Source of the DNA: Octopus sinensis
Lineage: Eukaryota
DNA: 64,000 bases
Direction of reading: 5' to 3'
Assembly: GCF_006345805.1 (NCBI RefSeq)
Contig: NC_043003.1
Location: 43,276,001 to 43,340,000 of the forward strand
Below are positions 24,876 to 37,460 of this stretch, one piece after another (the stretch's first letter is position 1; each line of letters begins with the position of its first letter). A program made the position numbers and the translations under genes. The notes beneath the pieces are model-generated. The model searched no databases, had not been told where the DNA came from, and saw nothing but the letters and a program-made list of their open reading frames with translations.

Positions 24876-25287
24876 GCTGTTTATATTAATTTTGTAAATG
24901 CACATTAGCGAATCTCTAGATCATATAATAATCACTAGGAACATAAATACTAATGGCGAAGCGTGTCCGGAAACAGCTAAACTATCTAGCGGTCTTAAAT
25001 GATGAGGCGACAGGAAATTGCTGAAACTGACGTTAGTGCAAAGAATTCTCTATCGGCACTTTTCGGACGATTATGGTCCTTGGTAGTGTATATGATTTCA
25101 TTCATGAGCTTTAACCACAGCATTAGAGTGTTTAACTCTTAGTTCTTGCAACGTAGATGCTTTCTAACATCCTACACACATTTAGTGATAATTATATACA
25201 AACATAAACGCTCTCAGTTACTTTTGCTAAATATTAACATATAAATTTCGTTTTGGGTTTTGGTTTGCAAGATTCTTTAGTGAGTTC

Positions 25288-25488
25288 GTGTGTTGAACCA
25301 TATTCTGTTGTGTCTGGGGAGAGTCATTCTCTTTTTATGCCTTATAATTTAACACATTAATTTACTTATTTATATTTCTAAAATTTGAGAAAAGTAAGTA
25401 AATGAGTGGGAATTTTACCGGTGTGTGTGTAAAATTATAAGACACTAAAAGAGAATGATTCTCCCCAGATACAACAGGATCAACACAC
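25288..25488. repeat. Inverted repeat with ~52-bp core arms
   Basis: ctgttgtgtctggggagagtcattctctttt..ttataatttaacaca (25305-25356) pairs with tgtgtaaaattataa..aaaagagaatgattctccccagatacaacag (25426-25477). Confidence 0.85.
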
Positions 25489-25601
25489 AAACACATACAC
25501 ATATATATGTAGATATATGTATGTGTATATACATATATATATATATATGTATATATATATATGTTTATATATATATATATATGTATACATATATATATAT
25601 T

Positions 25602-25647
<46 letters not shown>

Positions 25648-26221
25648 ACCAAATCAATAAGGGAAATTTGGAGAACTAATGCAAATAATTTCTCTGTACA
25701 TGAGGATTGCTAAATACATTTCCAACACTTCAGATTGAAAGTATCAGTTTCTGTTCATACCGCAAAACAAGCTTTATACATTTATTTTTACTGTTGCATC
25801 TATATATGTAAGTTGTCTATCTACATTTATATCGGTCTCTTTGCGTATCAATAGAGTTCACTCTCACAAACATCCGAATTTCCCGTATTTTCCTCTGGTT
25901 ACACACATGCACACATACAAAACACACACATATGCATACACACAAGTGTGTGTCTGCGTGTGTGTGTCTGTGTATGTATCCACAGACACAAACCCAAACA
26001 CACACACACACAAACACACAAAGCACATATGTATGGATGTGTGATGTTTTGTATCTAAGGGCACGTGGTCGGGTATATGTTTGTGTGTGCATTAAGTATA
26101 TACAAAAATATATAACATATTCACAAAATCGTATAGTGGTTTTGTAATACTAGCATATAACTATCTATATATTTTCCTATATATATATAATATATATATA
26201 TAATATATATATATATATATC

Positions 26222-26306
<85 letters not shown>

Positions 26307-26529
26307 TATTTATATGTACATGTATGATGTTTTATACACAAACATATACATGTACTTGTATATACATACATATGTGTTTATTTAGATGAGTATAATATAT
26401 ATATATATATATATAATATATATATACATATATATGCATATATATATAGATATAGATATATACACACACATATGCATATATATATATATAGATAGATATA
26501 TATACACACACACATATATATATGTATAT

Positions 26530-26561
<32 letters not shown>

Positions 26562-26888
26562 CATATACATATGTACGTGTGTGTGTAGATATATACTTTT
26601 ATACGCGTATGTATGTGTATGTCGCTCTGCGTGTTTGACGTGGAAACTGACATATGAGAGTGGTTGGAGCAAAAGAATGTTGATGGAGATTGATTACATT
26701 ACAGAAAAAATATATCACTTGTTCTCACACATATTTCATTAATGAAAATTGATAGTTCCCCTGAGACTGGAGCGACGTCGTAGCAGACTCAGTCTCTTAC
26801 ACACATGAAGAATTACTCCAGTGCACACGCCCTCGTAAACCCTTACACACGAGAATTGATTACATATACATACGCATATATACATCTT

Positions 26889-26939
<51 letters not shown>

Positions 26940-26994
26940 ATATGTATATGTGTGTATATATATATATATACGTATATATATATACGTTTATATA

Positions 26995-27041
<47 letters not shown>

Positions 27042-27193
27042 GTATATATGTATACGCATATATATGTGTATATATATATGAATACACCTATATATATATA
27101 TTTGTGTATATACGTATCAATTTTATGAATATACATTTATACATATGTATACATATATTCAACTATACATTTATATATCTATCTATCTATGTA

Positions 27194-27244
<51 letters not shown>

Positions 27245-27358
27245 CATGCATACATATATACATATATATATATATACACACATATACATATACCTATACA
27301 TATGCATATACATATACATATATATATATACGTAAAAGCACAGACACAGTCACATACG

Positions 27359-27438
<80 letters not shown>

Positions 27439-28269
27439 GCACGCGTATGTGTTTAAGTGTTTGTGAGTATATACAAGGCATGAACACATTTACTTGTAAA
27501 TTCGTACGTATAAGGCAATATTCCCAACCGCAATATATACCCAGCCGAGATAAAATGATACAGTAACTTTTCTCGTATAATTTTCTGTTTACTCCGAACG
27601 TCTATGTAACAACATCTTCTAATGATTGTGTAAGAAAAAAGGGGCGTGGGATGTGATTTATAGTGCTTATGTACTTGACGTATATTGTAGCTGTTTTACT
27701 GGTGTGTTTTACAGAATATTAACTAAATTTGTGAGTTCAAAACTTTAACACGCGCACAGTGATCTATTATTATATATTCTTAAAGATATATGACAAACAT
27801 AATTAGCATATATTAAAAATGTTATTTTGTTTTTGTATATATACTATTGTCCATTTGAATGTCGAAATTTTTTTACAGATTGAAGAAATTAAAGTGAGCA
27901 TTATCAGAGTAAATAAATGATATACTGAGAAATGCAAAAAAAAATTTTAATCAAGGAGAATCATTTATATTCTTCCTCGTGACACCTGAAGAATCAAATT
28001 CACATATTTTCTTCATTTGGAGTATAAGCGTTCACTGTACACTTCTTTCATTGTTTTGTCTTTCGCTTTGTATTTCTACGCTGTTCCTGTAAATGGTTTG
28101 ACGTTCTTTGGTTTCCTCTTAAACATACGACGTTTTTTCTTTTGATGTGTCCGGTGTGTGTGTGTGCGTGCGTAAGTGTGTTTATGTGTGTATGTGTTTT
28201 ACTTAGGTCATTATACAAACGCAGGTTCACCAATATCTAATTATCTATCTATCTATGAATTGTGTATAT

Positions 28270-28426
28270 TTGCGTAGTAAGAAGCTTGCTTTCTAACCAC
28301 ATGGTTTCGTTTCAGTTCCACTGCGTGTCACCTTCGCCAAGTGTCCACTACTCTAACGACAGGTCGACCAACGTCTTGTGAATAGATTTGATACTCGAAA
28401 CTGAAAGAAGACCATCGTATACACAA

Positions 28427-28457
<31 letters not shown>

Positions 28458-28680
28458 CACATACTATGTGAGTGAGTCCTTCTGTCTGTGTTTGTCCCTC
28501 TCCGAAACAGCCGCTGTTGATGTGTTTACGTCCCTATAATTTAGCAGTCCGGCAAAAAGATCACGAATGAATAATTACCTGGCTTTAGAAATAAGTCCTG
28601 GGGACGACTTGCTTGACTAAAACTGTTCAATGGGGTGCCCCTGTATGGCCGCAGTCAAATGACTGAAACATGTAAAAGAT
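28270..28680 (+). mobile_element. SINE family B, older copy
   Basis: Diverged head (gtagtaagaagcttgctttctaaccacatgg) and tail (tatggccgcagtcaaatgactgaaac). Confidence 0.85.
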
Positions 28681-28799
28681 AAAATATAATGCACATACAT
28701 ATTAATATTTAGTGGTGGTGAAATCAGCTTTCTATTAATTTGAAATCCGATGATGGAGTCCAGCTGGCTGAAACTTCGAAGGTACTGTCAATACGACTC

Positions 28800-29500
28800 C
28801 TGTTAAAGAATAATAAGTATACCAACATACACTTGTCAGAAAGTCATAGAATCTATTGTCAGGAGAAAACTGATCACATTCCTAGAAGATACTGACTTGC
28901 TCACTGAAACCATGCGAGAACTCTGCTCAGAAAAGAGCTGCTTTGTACATCATGTATCAAACTACGGAGACTCAGTATCGTGGGAAACACTGCAGGCAAG
29001 GTGTAGCTGCGAATAGGGTCCTCTCCAAAACAGCAATAGCGATTGGAGTGCCTCAGACAACTGTCTTGGTGACGCTGCTCTTTATAGTTGCTCTTTCAGA
29101 CATGCCATCAGTTGCACAGATAGTCACATTTACTAGCAATGAGAGAACCTTTCGATGCCACTTTTCTACAGGAATAACTAGATGCCATATATATCGATGA
29201 GCTGAAGAAAATAGTATGCAATTTAATGCAGGAAAATTCAAAGCCATCCACCAAAGTCTAGTTTGTGGTAGCATGTCGCAACAAAGATATTTTTGTCCGA
29301 AGGGATCGGAAATCCCACAGTTAAGTACAATGAGTGATTTGGAGAATGGTATGAATAATCACACCTCGTTTTATGGACATACTAAAAAGATGGTGGCAAT
29401 ATGCAAAAATAGTGGTTAGATGGATTTTAAGTAATTTAAGAACAAGGAAGGGGCAAGCAAATTATCCTAGTTCTATTGAAGACATTTATCCTCAGATGTC
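28800..29500 (+). mobile_element. Highly degenerate CR1-group RT remnant
   Basis: IGVPQTTVLVTLLFIVALSDMP (GVPQGTVLGPLLF-like) and MQFNAGKF. Many stops and frameshifts. Confidence 0.65.
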
Positions 29501-29569
29501 TGGGCAACTGTTCTCATCTTTGGCCATCCAACTGTTTGAAATTAATAGCAGGGCTTGCGGCAGTCCATC

Positions 29570-29692
29570 ATCATCATCATCATCATCGTAGTCGTCGTCG
29601 TCGTCGTCATCATCATCTTTCTCCTCCTCCTCCTCCTCCTTCTTCTTCTTCTTCTTCATCTAATGTATTATTATTATTATTATTATTATTAA

Positions 29693-29775
<83 letters not shown>
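29570..29775. repeat. Compound trinucleotide array (CAT)(CGT)(CAT)(CCT)(CTT)(ATT)
   Basis: Seen directly. Confidence 0.95.
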
Positions 29776-29776
<1 letters not shown>

Positions 29777-30299
29777 CTAGCTGAAGAAACTCTCTTTACG
29801 CTCGTAAATTTATTGTTTTAATTTATGTCTCCAAATATTGTTAATTAATTATTTTGTTCTATAACTTTGTTGAAACTATCACCAATTCATAGATTACTCT
29901 GTTTGTTTGCGATCCTTTGAGAACATAATTCCGAAAAGATAATTTTAATTCGAGGTGGGGAGAACAATTATTTTAATGATTATGGCGTCGTCCACTCTGC
30001 TAACAGACATGGAGAAGGAAGTAAGAGATAGCTTTGATAGTGAGTTGCAACACACGTTAGACCCCTCCAACTCTGAAATAGAATTCGAAGTGAACCTGCA
30101 ACAAGATCAACGTACAGTGGACCACACTCAAACTATGAAAATAAACAGTAACAGTATGGGAATCATATTCCAAATATGAAACAGATTTCCAGCCAAAACC
30201 AACTGCAATAAAAGTACTAAAAGTGCCACCATCACCATCACCATCACCACCACTCCAATAACAATAATTAATCATTGATAATTAATCATTGACAATTAA

Positions 30300-31150
30300 A
30301 CAAACAAAATATCTAGAGCCTCGGCAACTTAAACGGCAACAATATTTCCATTGTGAATAATAAGGACTTCAACATCTATAATAACAAAATACTCGCAGCA
30401 CACTTTGAGAAAGGCACAGATCTATACAGGATAAATTTACTGCAAAAAGATACATGTCTTAGCGGCTAAATTGATCAGGGCTGGAAATATCGTATGCAGA
30501 CATAGCCATCTGGTCTGAGATGTTGGCAGAATCACATAAAAATATGTAATTTATAAATGTGTTTTCATAAGTACAAAGTGGGCTGAGATGGTTAGTCAGG
30601 CGGGTGTGGAATTTGCGCTGAAAGGGATAATAACCGACCTCAAGAGCCAAGCAGTTTTTGTCCATTTCAAAACTCTTCAAGACTGAAGCTCTAACCGCCA
30701 AACATTCCGTTATATATAGTAAGAAGTAGAACAGTAAGAATGAAAATTTTCAGGAAATCCACCTGAGGTAAATTTATGGTGGATTTTAGCGTGTATCGTA
30801 TTAAAAGGGAGTATCAGCTTCGTTGAGGTGAAGTAGACCCGTCGTGAAAATTGGTCTGATATCAGTGTGGGAGTGCTACTCCATATAAAAGCAGACACGA
30901 TCCATAAGATTCCAGACGTAATTCACCTTCCGGGAAGGGGAAAATCTGCACGTTATGGTTGAGGCTAGATATCTACTTGCCGCAAAGTAACCTATTTGGG
31001 GAAACTTAGAACATGAAAACTTTTTACCTACCACATTAGACAGAAAAACATTGAATCCCTTTAGTGCCAAAACCAAGTCCACAAAAGTAATAACTGAACC
31101 ACCAACAAACAATCGCAAAGTCAGTGTCAACTGCGTCAACGACATCTTTA
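30300..31150 (+). mobile_element. Possible decayed LINE ORF1 (Tx1/L1-type gag-like) remnant
   Basis: Broken frames include FTFREGENLHVMVEAR, reminiscent of the V-V-E-G-R motif before ORF1 zinc knuckles, followed by a Thr/Gln-rich low-complexity tract. Heavily decayed. Confidence 0.3.
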
Positions 31151-31392
31151 ATATGAACACCAATGCTGGAGGAACACTAATACCAGTAACAACAGCAGCA
31201 GATGAATTAACCCACCACCACCACTACCACCACCAACAACAACAGCAACAACAGCAACACCATATTCAACAGCAGAAAGAACAGTTAGAACGGCTACACA
31301 CAACAGCAGGGGCTCTTCCAATGAAGCTCTCCCTTTTCTTCTTCCTTCTCTCTATCTCCTCTAAACACAGATACATACTTACACTCGCTTAC

Positions 31393-31444
31393 CGATTCCA
31401 GTGATAGTGATGCCTCTGCATCACGCAGTGAAATGTGGGTGAAC
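31393..31444 (-). other. Candidate 52-nt spliced exon (coding status unknown)
   Basis: Minus strand: gttttccttttctcattttttcag|GTTCACCCAC...GGAATCG|gtaagc. Very strong polypyrimidine acceptor and good donor. Two of three frames are open. Confidence 0.4.
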
Positions 31445-32071
31445 CTGAAAAAATGAGAAAAGGAAAACAAATATGAAAGAATAAAACATCATGCTCCACA
31501 CCAACACACACATACCAATAAACATACGAAACACGCCTGCAACAACCACGAACACACCTACAGAAATTGCAACCCCTTCAGCACCACAGTTCTCAAGACA
31601 TACACTGCTATCACAACCTGCTCCACTAATATCACCATAGCTACAAGAAACCGTTCTCTAAATGCTTGATGCGTCGGAAAGACGCATTCAGCTTTTAGTA
31701 TCCGGGGCCTACCTAATTTCGACCCTAATAAAGCACAAATTTGCGATACATATCCCATCTCTGTATATCCTAATTTCGAAACATGTCGAGATAAAATTTG
31801 CTCTTAATCTTTCTACGTTTGACATAGAGAAGTACAAGAGTACACTTTGTCCGTGAACACAGTCGATAAATTTTATACCTATATCAGAAAAAATAATTTT
31901 CTAATATCATTAATCTTATTTGCACTCAATGTTTTTACTGCTATACGATAAAGTACAACAGCGTTTGTGTTTGGCACGAGCAACATTTTGAGCAGCTTTT
32001 TTGTGTTGGTCTCTTGTATTTATCTTTTTTTAGTGAGAAAGTGTTTGTCTTGTGAATAAATCAATGACTCT

Positions 32072-32107
<36 letters not shown>

Positions 32108-32289
32108 CTCTCTCTTCGCTTTCGTTCCTTCACTATGTGGTGCCGATTTCTTTTATTTTTCATGAATATTCACTACGATCTGTTGAATAAGTAATTGGTC
32201 ATTTTTTTCTTTGCCTACATTTTACTATGATATCTTGTCATACCATTTTCAATTTACTTTAAATTTTCTTAATCGTATATTTAACGTTT

Positions 32290-32720
32290 TTCTTCCTTCC
32301 CATTCACAACTCTCTTCCTTCCTTCTTGTATGTTGGCGTCTTTGAAAGGAGAACATTTTTATATTCCCAGTGTTTTGTTCCTGTTAGAATCAGTTTCCCT
32401 TTATTCTTTCCAAGATGTTATGTAGTCCTGATTTGTCCTGACCTCTACGTTGTTTATCGATTCTTAAGTATTTGTACGTCTGTGTTTGGTCTAATTCTCT
32501 TATCTCTATACATCTAACATGATTATACTGGTTTTCATTAATTTTCCCCCTCTTAATCTTGTAATTCTCTTTTTTTCCCACAGAACTGAATTTCGTGCCA
32601 ATTTTCTTATCTGACATATATATCTAACATATCTATTTCTGCATTTACCATTTAATAATATATGTACTGTATCGCAAAACTGAATCTGTCGCTTGATTAA
32701 TTGAATCATTAAAATGTTGG
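32290..32720 (-). mobile_element. Degenerate R4/Dong-like RT fragment
   Basis: KIGTKFSSV..YKIKRGKI...IRELDQTQTYKYLRID resembles the RT domain 6-7 region (KCA.L.IKRGK...YKYLGI). Confidence 0.6.
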
Positions 32721-33619
32721 AGATTGAGTTTCGATTTTAACAATCGTGTGTGATATGTTAAGCATGTTCATCTGCTGTTTTTTTTCTAATACTGAATACA
32801 TTTTTTAAAACAATTTGAATATATTTACTTTAAATATCAAACCGCTCCTACGTTTCTCTGATGCGTACGGTACTACGTTTATCATTGTTGTTATAGCATA
32901 TTTTGTATGTTAAATTCCATGGTTTTATCTCCAACACAGATTCAAACGTTTGAATGAGATCAATCAATTACTTTACATTATAATCCTATTATTTAAATTA
33001 TCCATACAAAAATTGGTTCATCAGGGGCATCTAATTAAGTTTAAATCTACTTCAATTATTATAATTATTTAGAAAGCAAAAAACTAGCCAACAATATTTT
33101 GACTAGAAATTTGGCAATTAGTTACTATGCAAATGTTACATTGTTGTGAGTTATATATTTGCTACTCCACCGGTAATTAATCTGTGGATTACTGAACGCA
33201 GTATTCTCATCCGGCTGTCAGTCCACTCCAGGGCCTTTAAGGCAATAGCTCATTCTTCACTCCTTCCCTCTTTCCATCTACCACTCTCTTAGATTTTCAC
33301 AGTGAAGAATTCAGACTACCTCTCTATCCGCTTTGCCTGCAAAATCCTTCCCATTTTTGTCATGTTAATGACGGAAGTTACAATAGCCGTCCTTCGTTCG
33401 CCCACCTCTCTCTTCTTCCTTCTAAAGAAAGGAAACTGACAGAAATGACGGGTTCTTCTGTCTTCAAGGATAATGATTTGTTTGAACATTTCCACTAAAT
33501 AGTCTATGTATGATACCAGATAAAGCCGACTTCGGTATAGGTTTAGATATCAATTGAACATCTCAATGAGCGGTATATATTCCAAACTTGTGCAGTAACA
33601 AAAAGATGTCTTTTATATT

Positions 33620-34015
33620 TTCTGTACTCTTTAACTTGTTTCAGTCACTAGATTGCAGACATGCTGGGGCATAGCTTTGAATTTTAGTCGAATTAATCTA
33701 CCCTAATACGTTGATTTCAACCTGGTACATATTTTATTGTTCTCTTTTGTTGAACAGCTAGGTTACGAGGACATAAATACAGAAAAACCGGCTGGCAAGT
33801 GTTGGTGGTAGAAAAATAGAAAGACTCACACAGACACATTGAGCTGAGACACAAACAGACAGACATAGAAACAAACAGACAGACACACACATATAGGCTA
33901 CTTTCAGTTCGCGTCTGCAAAATTAACTCACAATGGCTTGGTCGGCCCGAGGCGAGAGTGAGAGTCACTTGACCAAATGACCACACAATGGAACTGAACC
34001 CTGAATCAAGTCCTT
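33620..34015 (-). mobile_element. SINE family B, older copy
   Basis: tttcagtcactagattgcagacatgctggggca...ggtcggcccgaggc...ggaactgaaccc is the reverse complement of family B. Confidence 0.75.
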
Positions 34016-34129
34016 GTGAAGCGTGAGCCTATCATCAAACGATTTTGAGGTTAGGGAATTAGTTGATACTACGAACCTTAGTATCTAGCAGTAGCTTTAT
34101 GTCGTCGACCCGGAGTAGATGTAAGGTAG

Positions 34130-35150
34130 CATTGGCAAGGTTGTAGTTAAATTCAAACTAGAGAAATGGGTATAAATAATGTGAAGATTTTAATCCGACG
34201 TTCTAACAACTGTAAATATTCTGTCTTTGATAGATAGTGATGAAGACCTGCTGCCATATGCCACGAAAGATATGGGTGTAAATGCAGATGAATTGATGGG
34301 CAAAGAGCTGAGGAGAAGAGAAAAAAACCTTCTTGAAATGAGGATGCATGGACTGTTTGAAAGGAATACACAAGACGTTAAGGATAATAGAGCATCGTGG
34401 GCATGGATTGAGCGAGGTGATTTGAAGCGTACCATCGATCATTGCTGCACAAGACCAGTCTCTCGCTACCAATTCAGTGAAATAGAAAATCTATAAAACT
34501 TTTGACACCCAGAAATGCAGTCTCTGTGAAAGGAGTGTGGAAAACGTGACCCACTTGTGCATCACTAAGTGTATGTGAGAGCCTTACACAAAAAGAATAC
34601 GAATGCCACCACGAGAAAATGTGGCGGCATTTGTATTCATTGGCTCTTATGTCGTAAATACCAAAATGAAGTTACAGAGAACTGGTATGAGCTTGTAACA
34701 AGGAGGATGGAAAGGTACCGATACTCTGGGACTATGATTTTCAGACGGATCGTGTAGTCGATCACCGTCACCCAGGTATTGTCATATTGAGTAAGACACA
34801 AATATTGTCAGATCATTGATGTATTCATACACCATTGACATGAATGTTGTGAGTAAAGAGGTTGAAAATACCACCGAATTGAAAGTTGAAATACTAAACC
34901 TGTATGGAATGAGAGAGGGTAAAGTAAAAATGACACCAGTGGTGATCGGTCGTTGGTTCAACCACACTGAAACGTCAAGAGCTCTTAAGGCAACTGGGAA
35001 TCCCATGCAAGACTGATGTCTTGCAAAAAGAAGACCTATTGGGCACAACGCACATCTTAAGGAAAGTATTATCTGTGAGGTCATTGTTGTGACTTGACAG
35101 ATGACTAAAGACGGTGGTGCATTTTTACCTGCATTGTTTTACGAATGAAT
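34130..35150 (+). mobile_element. Degenerate R4/Dong-like 3' fragment ending in (TAA)n
   Basis: MHGLFERNTQDVKD..SWAWIERGDLKR, IHWLLCRKY, QIIDV, MTPVVIG. The 3' UTR runs into taataataat at 35150-35245. Confidence 0.7.
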
Positions 35151-35186
35151 AATGATGATGATGATATTAATAATAATAATAATAAT

Positions 35187-35244
<58 letters not shown>

Positions 35245-36021
35245 TATGCCCTGATGAAGTACCAGGCAGTGACACTCATGGCTTTTGATCTTAACTGATT
35301 GGAAGTGTTATCATGTACATTGTTTTGTCTTGGTATAAAAGATGGGCTACAGCAAATATTCTGTTCTCTACCACAGATTTGCTTGTCATTTGTTTGACAT
35401 TATTCCAGTTGAGCATTTCCCTTAGTGGTTGACGATATGTACATCTGTGATCACGGGCAGAAATAATACGAGAGCAACATAACCATGTGTTGAAAAGAAT
35501 TCTCTGAGGTTTGGATAATTCGCATTTGGAAACGTTGAGTATTTCAGATCTATATTTAAGAGATGAGGAATTATGTACATTATTTACATTATTTATATTT
35601 GATGCATAATTGTCCTAATCTTGTTTGTTGTTAACATAACGTTTCGGTTGATATAACCTCTAGCTTTCATCAGGTTGACTTGAGCAAATTTCGAACCTGG
35701 GTTCTCATTGATAAGTTATTTTTCGATATTCTTCTTCTTCTTCTTCTTCTTCTTCTTCTTCTTCTTCTTCTTCTTCTTCTTCTTCTTCTTCTTTTCTTCT
35801 TCTTCTTCTTCTTCTTCTTCTTCTTCTTCTTCTTCTTCTTCTTCTTCTTCTTTTTCTTCTTCTTTTTCTTCATTTTCTTCATTCTTCATTCTCTTCTTCT
35901 TCTTCTTCTTCTTCTTCTCTTCTTCTTCTTCTTATTATTATTATTATTGATCACTGCCTGGAATTGAACTAGGAATTTTGTGGTTAGTAGCCCGCGCTCT
36001 TAACCACAACGCCATATGCCC
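35245..36021 (-). mobile_element. SINE-like family C: tRNA-like head (35949-36021), (TAA)n(AAG)n spacer, body with a hammerhead-like core
   Basis: Minus-strand head gggcatatggcgttgtggttaagagcgcggg...agttcaattccaggcagtg contains A box TGGCGTTGTGG and B box GTTCAATTCC. The body segment gtggttgacgatatgtacatctgtgatc recurs inverted at 45220-45350. Confidence 0.65.
35638..35673 (-). ncRNA. Degenerate type I hammerhead-ribozyme core
   Basis: Minus strand: CTGATGA-aagctagaggttatatcaacc-GAAACGTT. Both conserved core boxes are in the right order with palindromic AACGTT. Stems I and II are imperfect. Confidence 0.45.
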
Positions 36022-36290
36022 ACTGCCATTTTGGGGTTTCCTAGTATCTCAGCTAGGTAGCAATCAGCACCTTTTGCAAGGGCCCCTATGACAACAGGTA
36101 TTGTTTTTGACTTCAGGTACCACATTTTGCTAATTTCTATTTCAAGATGTTTATGCTTGCTCAGTTTTTGGTAGGTCTTGACAGATACATTTATATCGAT
36201 TGGGACAGTCGTATCAATGAGGAGGCATGATTTCTATCTGAAGTCTTTCAATATGATGTATGGCCTATTTGCATCTATCTTTCTGTCAGT
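36022..36290 (-). mobile_element. R4/Dong-like RLE fragment
   Basis: DRKIDANRPYIILKDF..SCLLIDTTVPIDINVSVK..KLSKHKHLEIEISKMWYLKSKTIPVVIGAL. Confidence 0.8.
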
Positions 36291-36479
36291 TTGAATGGTG
36301 AAGTTCCAGTGGAGTGAGCTGCGATCATTTTGAAGCACTGGAGGTGGTTTATGCGCCCACCAGTTTTTATCATGTGGCAACGGATAAGAGGGAAAATCAT
36401 AATGCCATCTTTAAAGAGTGAAGATTTATACAGAACAAAAATGGAAACATCATGAAATACATGTATACATGGCATACTA

Positions 36480-37460
36480 AATTCTGTTGTCCAATGTTTT
36501 CCAGGCTCATATATTTATTAGCTATTCTAAGCTCTCATTCCATAAATCTTCTCGGGAACGGAACTCATTTCCCGCCCTTTCAAGAAAATTGTTTAAAAGT
36601 CAGTGAGTGAACTATTAAGGATGAAAAGCTTTCTCCAAAGCTAATTTGTCATCTCTTCCAAACACCTACATAGCGTGTCAGGTATGCACTGGCTACTGAC
36701 AAGCCGGTATATTTTGAGTTTCCATAACCGCTAAAGATTCCTTGTCTGTAAAAGGCTGCAGCCTTATATAGGTACCAGGCAGAAAAATTTACCTTCCTCA
36801 TTTAGTCAAACGAGGGAGATGTGGCATTTATCCTGATGGGTATGACTGACAGCCGGGTCCATCGTAAACGTGGTCCCCTCTGACCCATATGATAACATAA
36901 ATCAGAAATGGCCGGAGACGGAACAAGCTTCTGCGAAATGGATTTGTGACTGTGCTCGCACATTTGGCATAATCTTGTTGCGACACTTCTTTTTCTGTTT
37001 AGTTTATCTTCAGCTGGTAACATGCATTTGTTGCACTGTCAGTGCAAGGACGTCTGGAATTTATCTAGTGTATTCTCCAATCGAAATGTTGTTTAGAACA
37101 AACTATTCATTTCTGCATTTCGACGCCCAGGCTTCCCCGCTATTAATTTTTTTTACTACTTGTTAAACTTCCATCGATCCCGCCATCCGACAAGTTGAAG
37201 GTGGTGCGCGCCTGACGATGGTGTAGATGCTAGACACCCAGTTTCGGTATTTGTTTCAGCTAGAAGAAGTAGAGTCGCTGTCAACGAGACACGATACGGA
37301 AAGGCGTGCACCAAGACTGCAGCCTTTTACAGACAGGGAACCTTTTGAGGTGATGCTGTTCAATATATATATATATAGCCAGCGCATAACCGATCCGTTG
37401 TGTAGGTGTTGTGTAGAGAGGGCCTCTTTAGCAGTGGAGGTCATCTCTTTCACAAAAAGT
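36480..37460 (-). mobile_element. Degenerate RTE-clade LINE remnant
   Basis: Broken frames contain LSYGSEGTT (YGSETWT-like) and LNSITSKGSLS (YLGSTIS.DGSL-like). Many disruptions. Confidence 0.45.

Noticed and set aside
35949-36021. Functional tRNA gene
   Set aside because: A and B boxes are present, but the acceptor stem does not close and it runs directly into a microsatellite. It is better explained as a SINE head.
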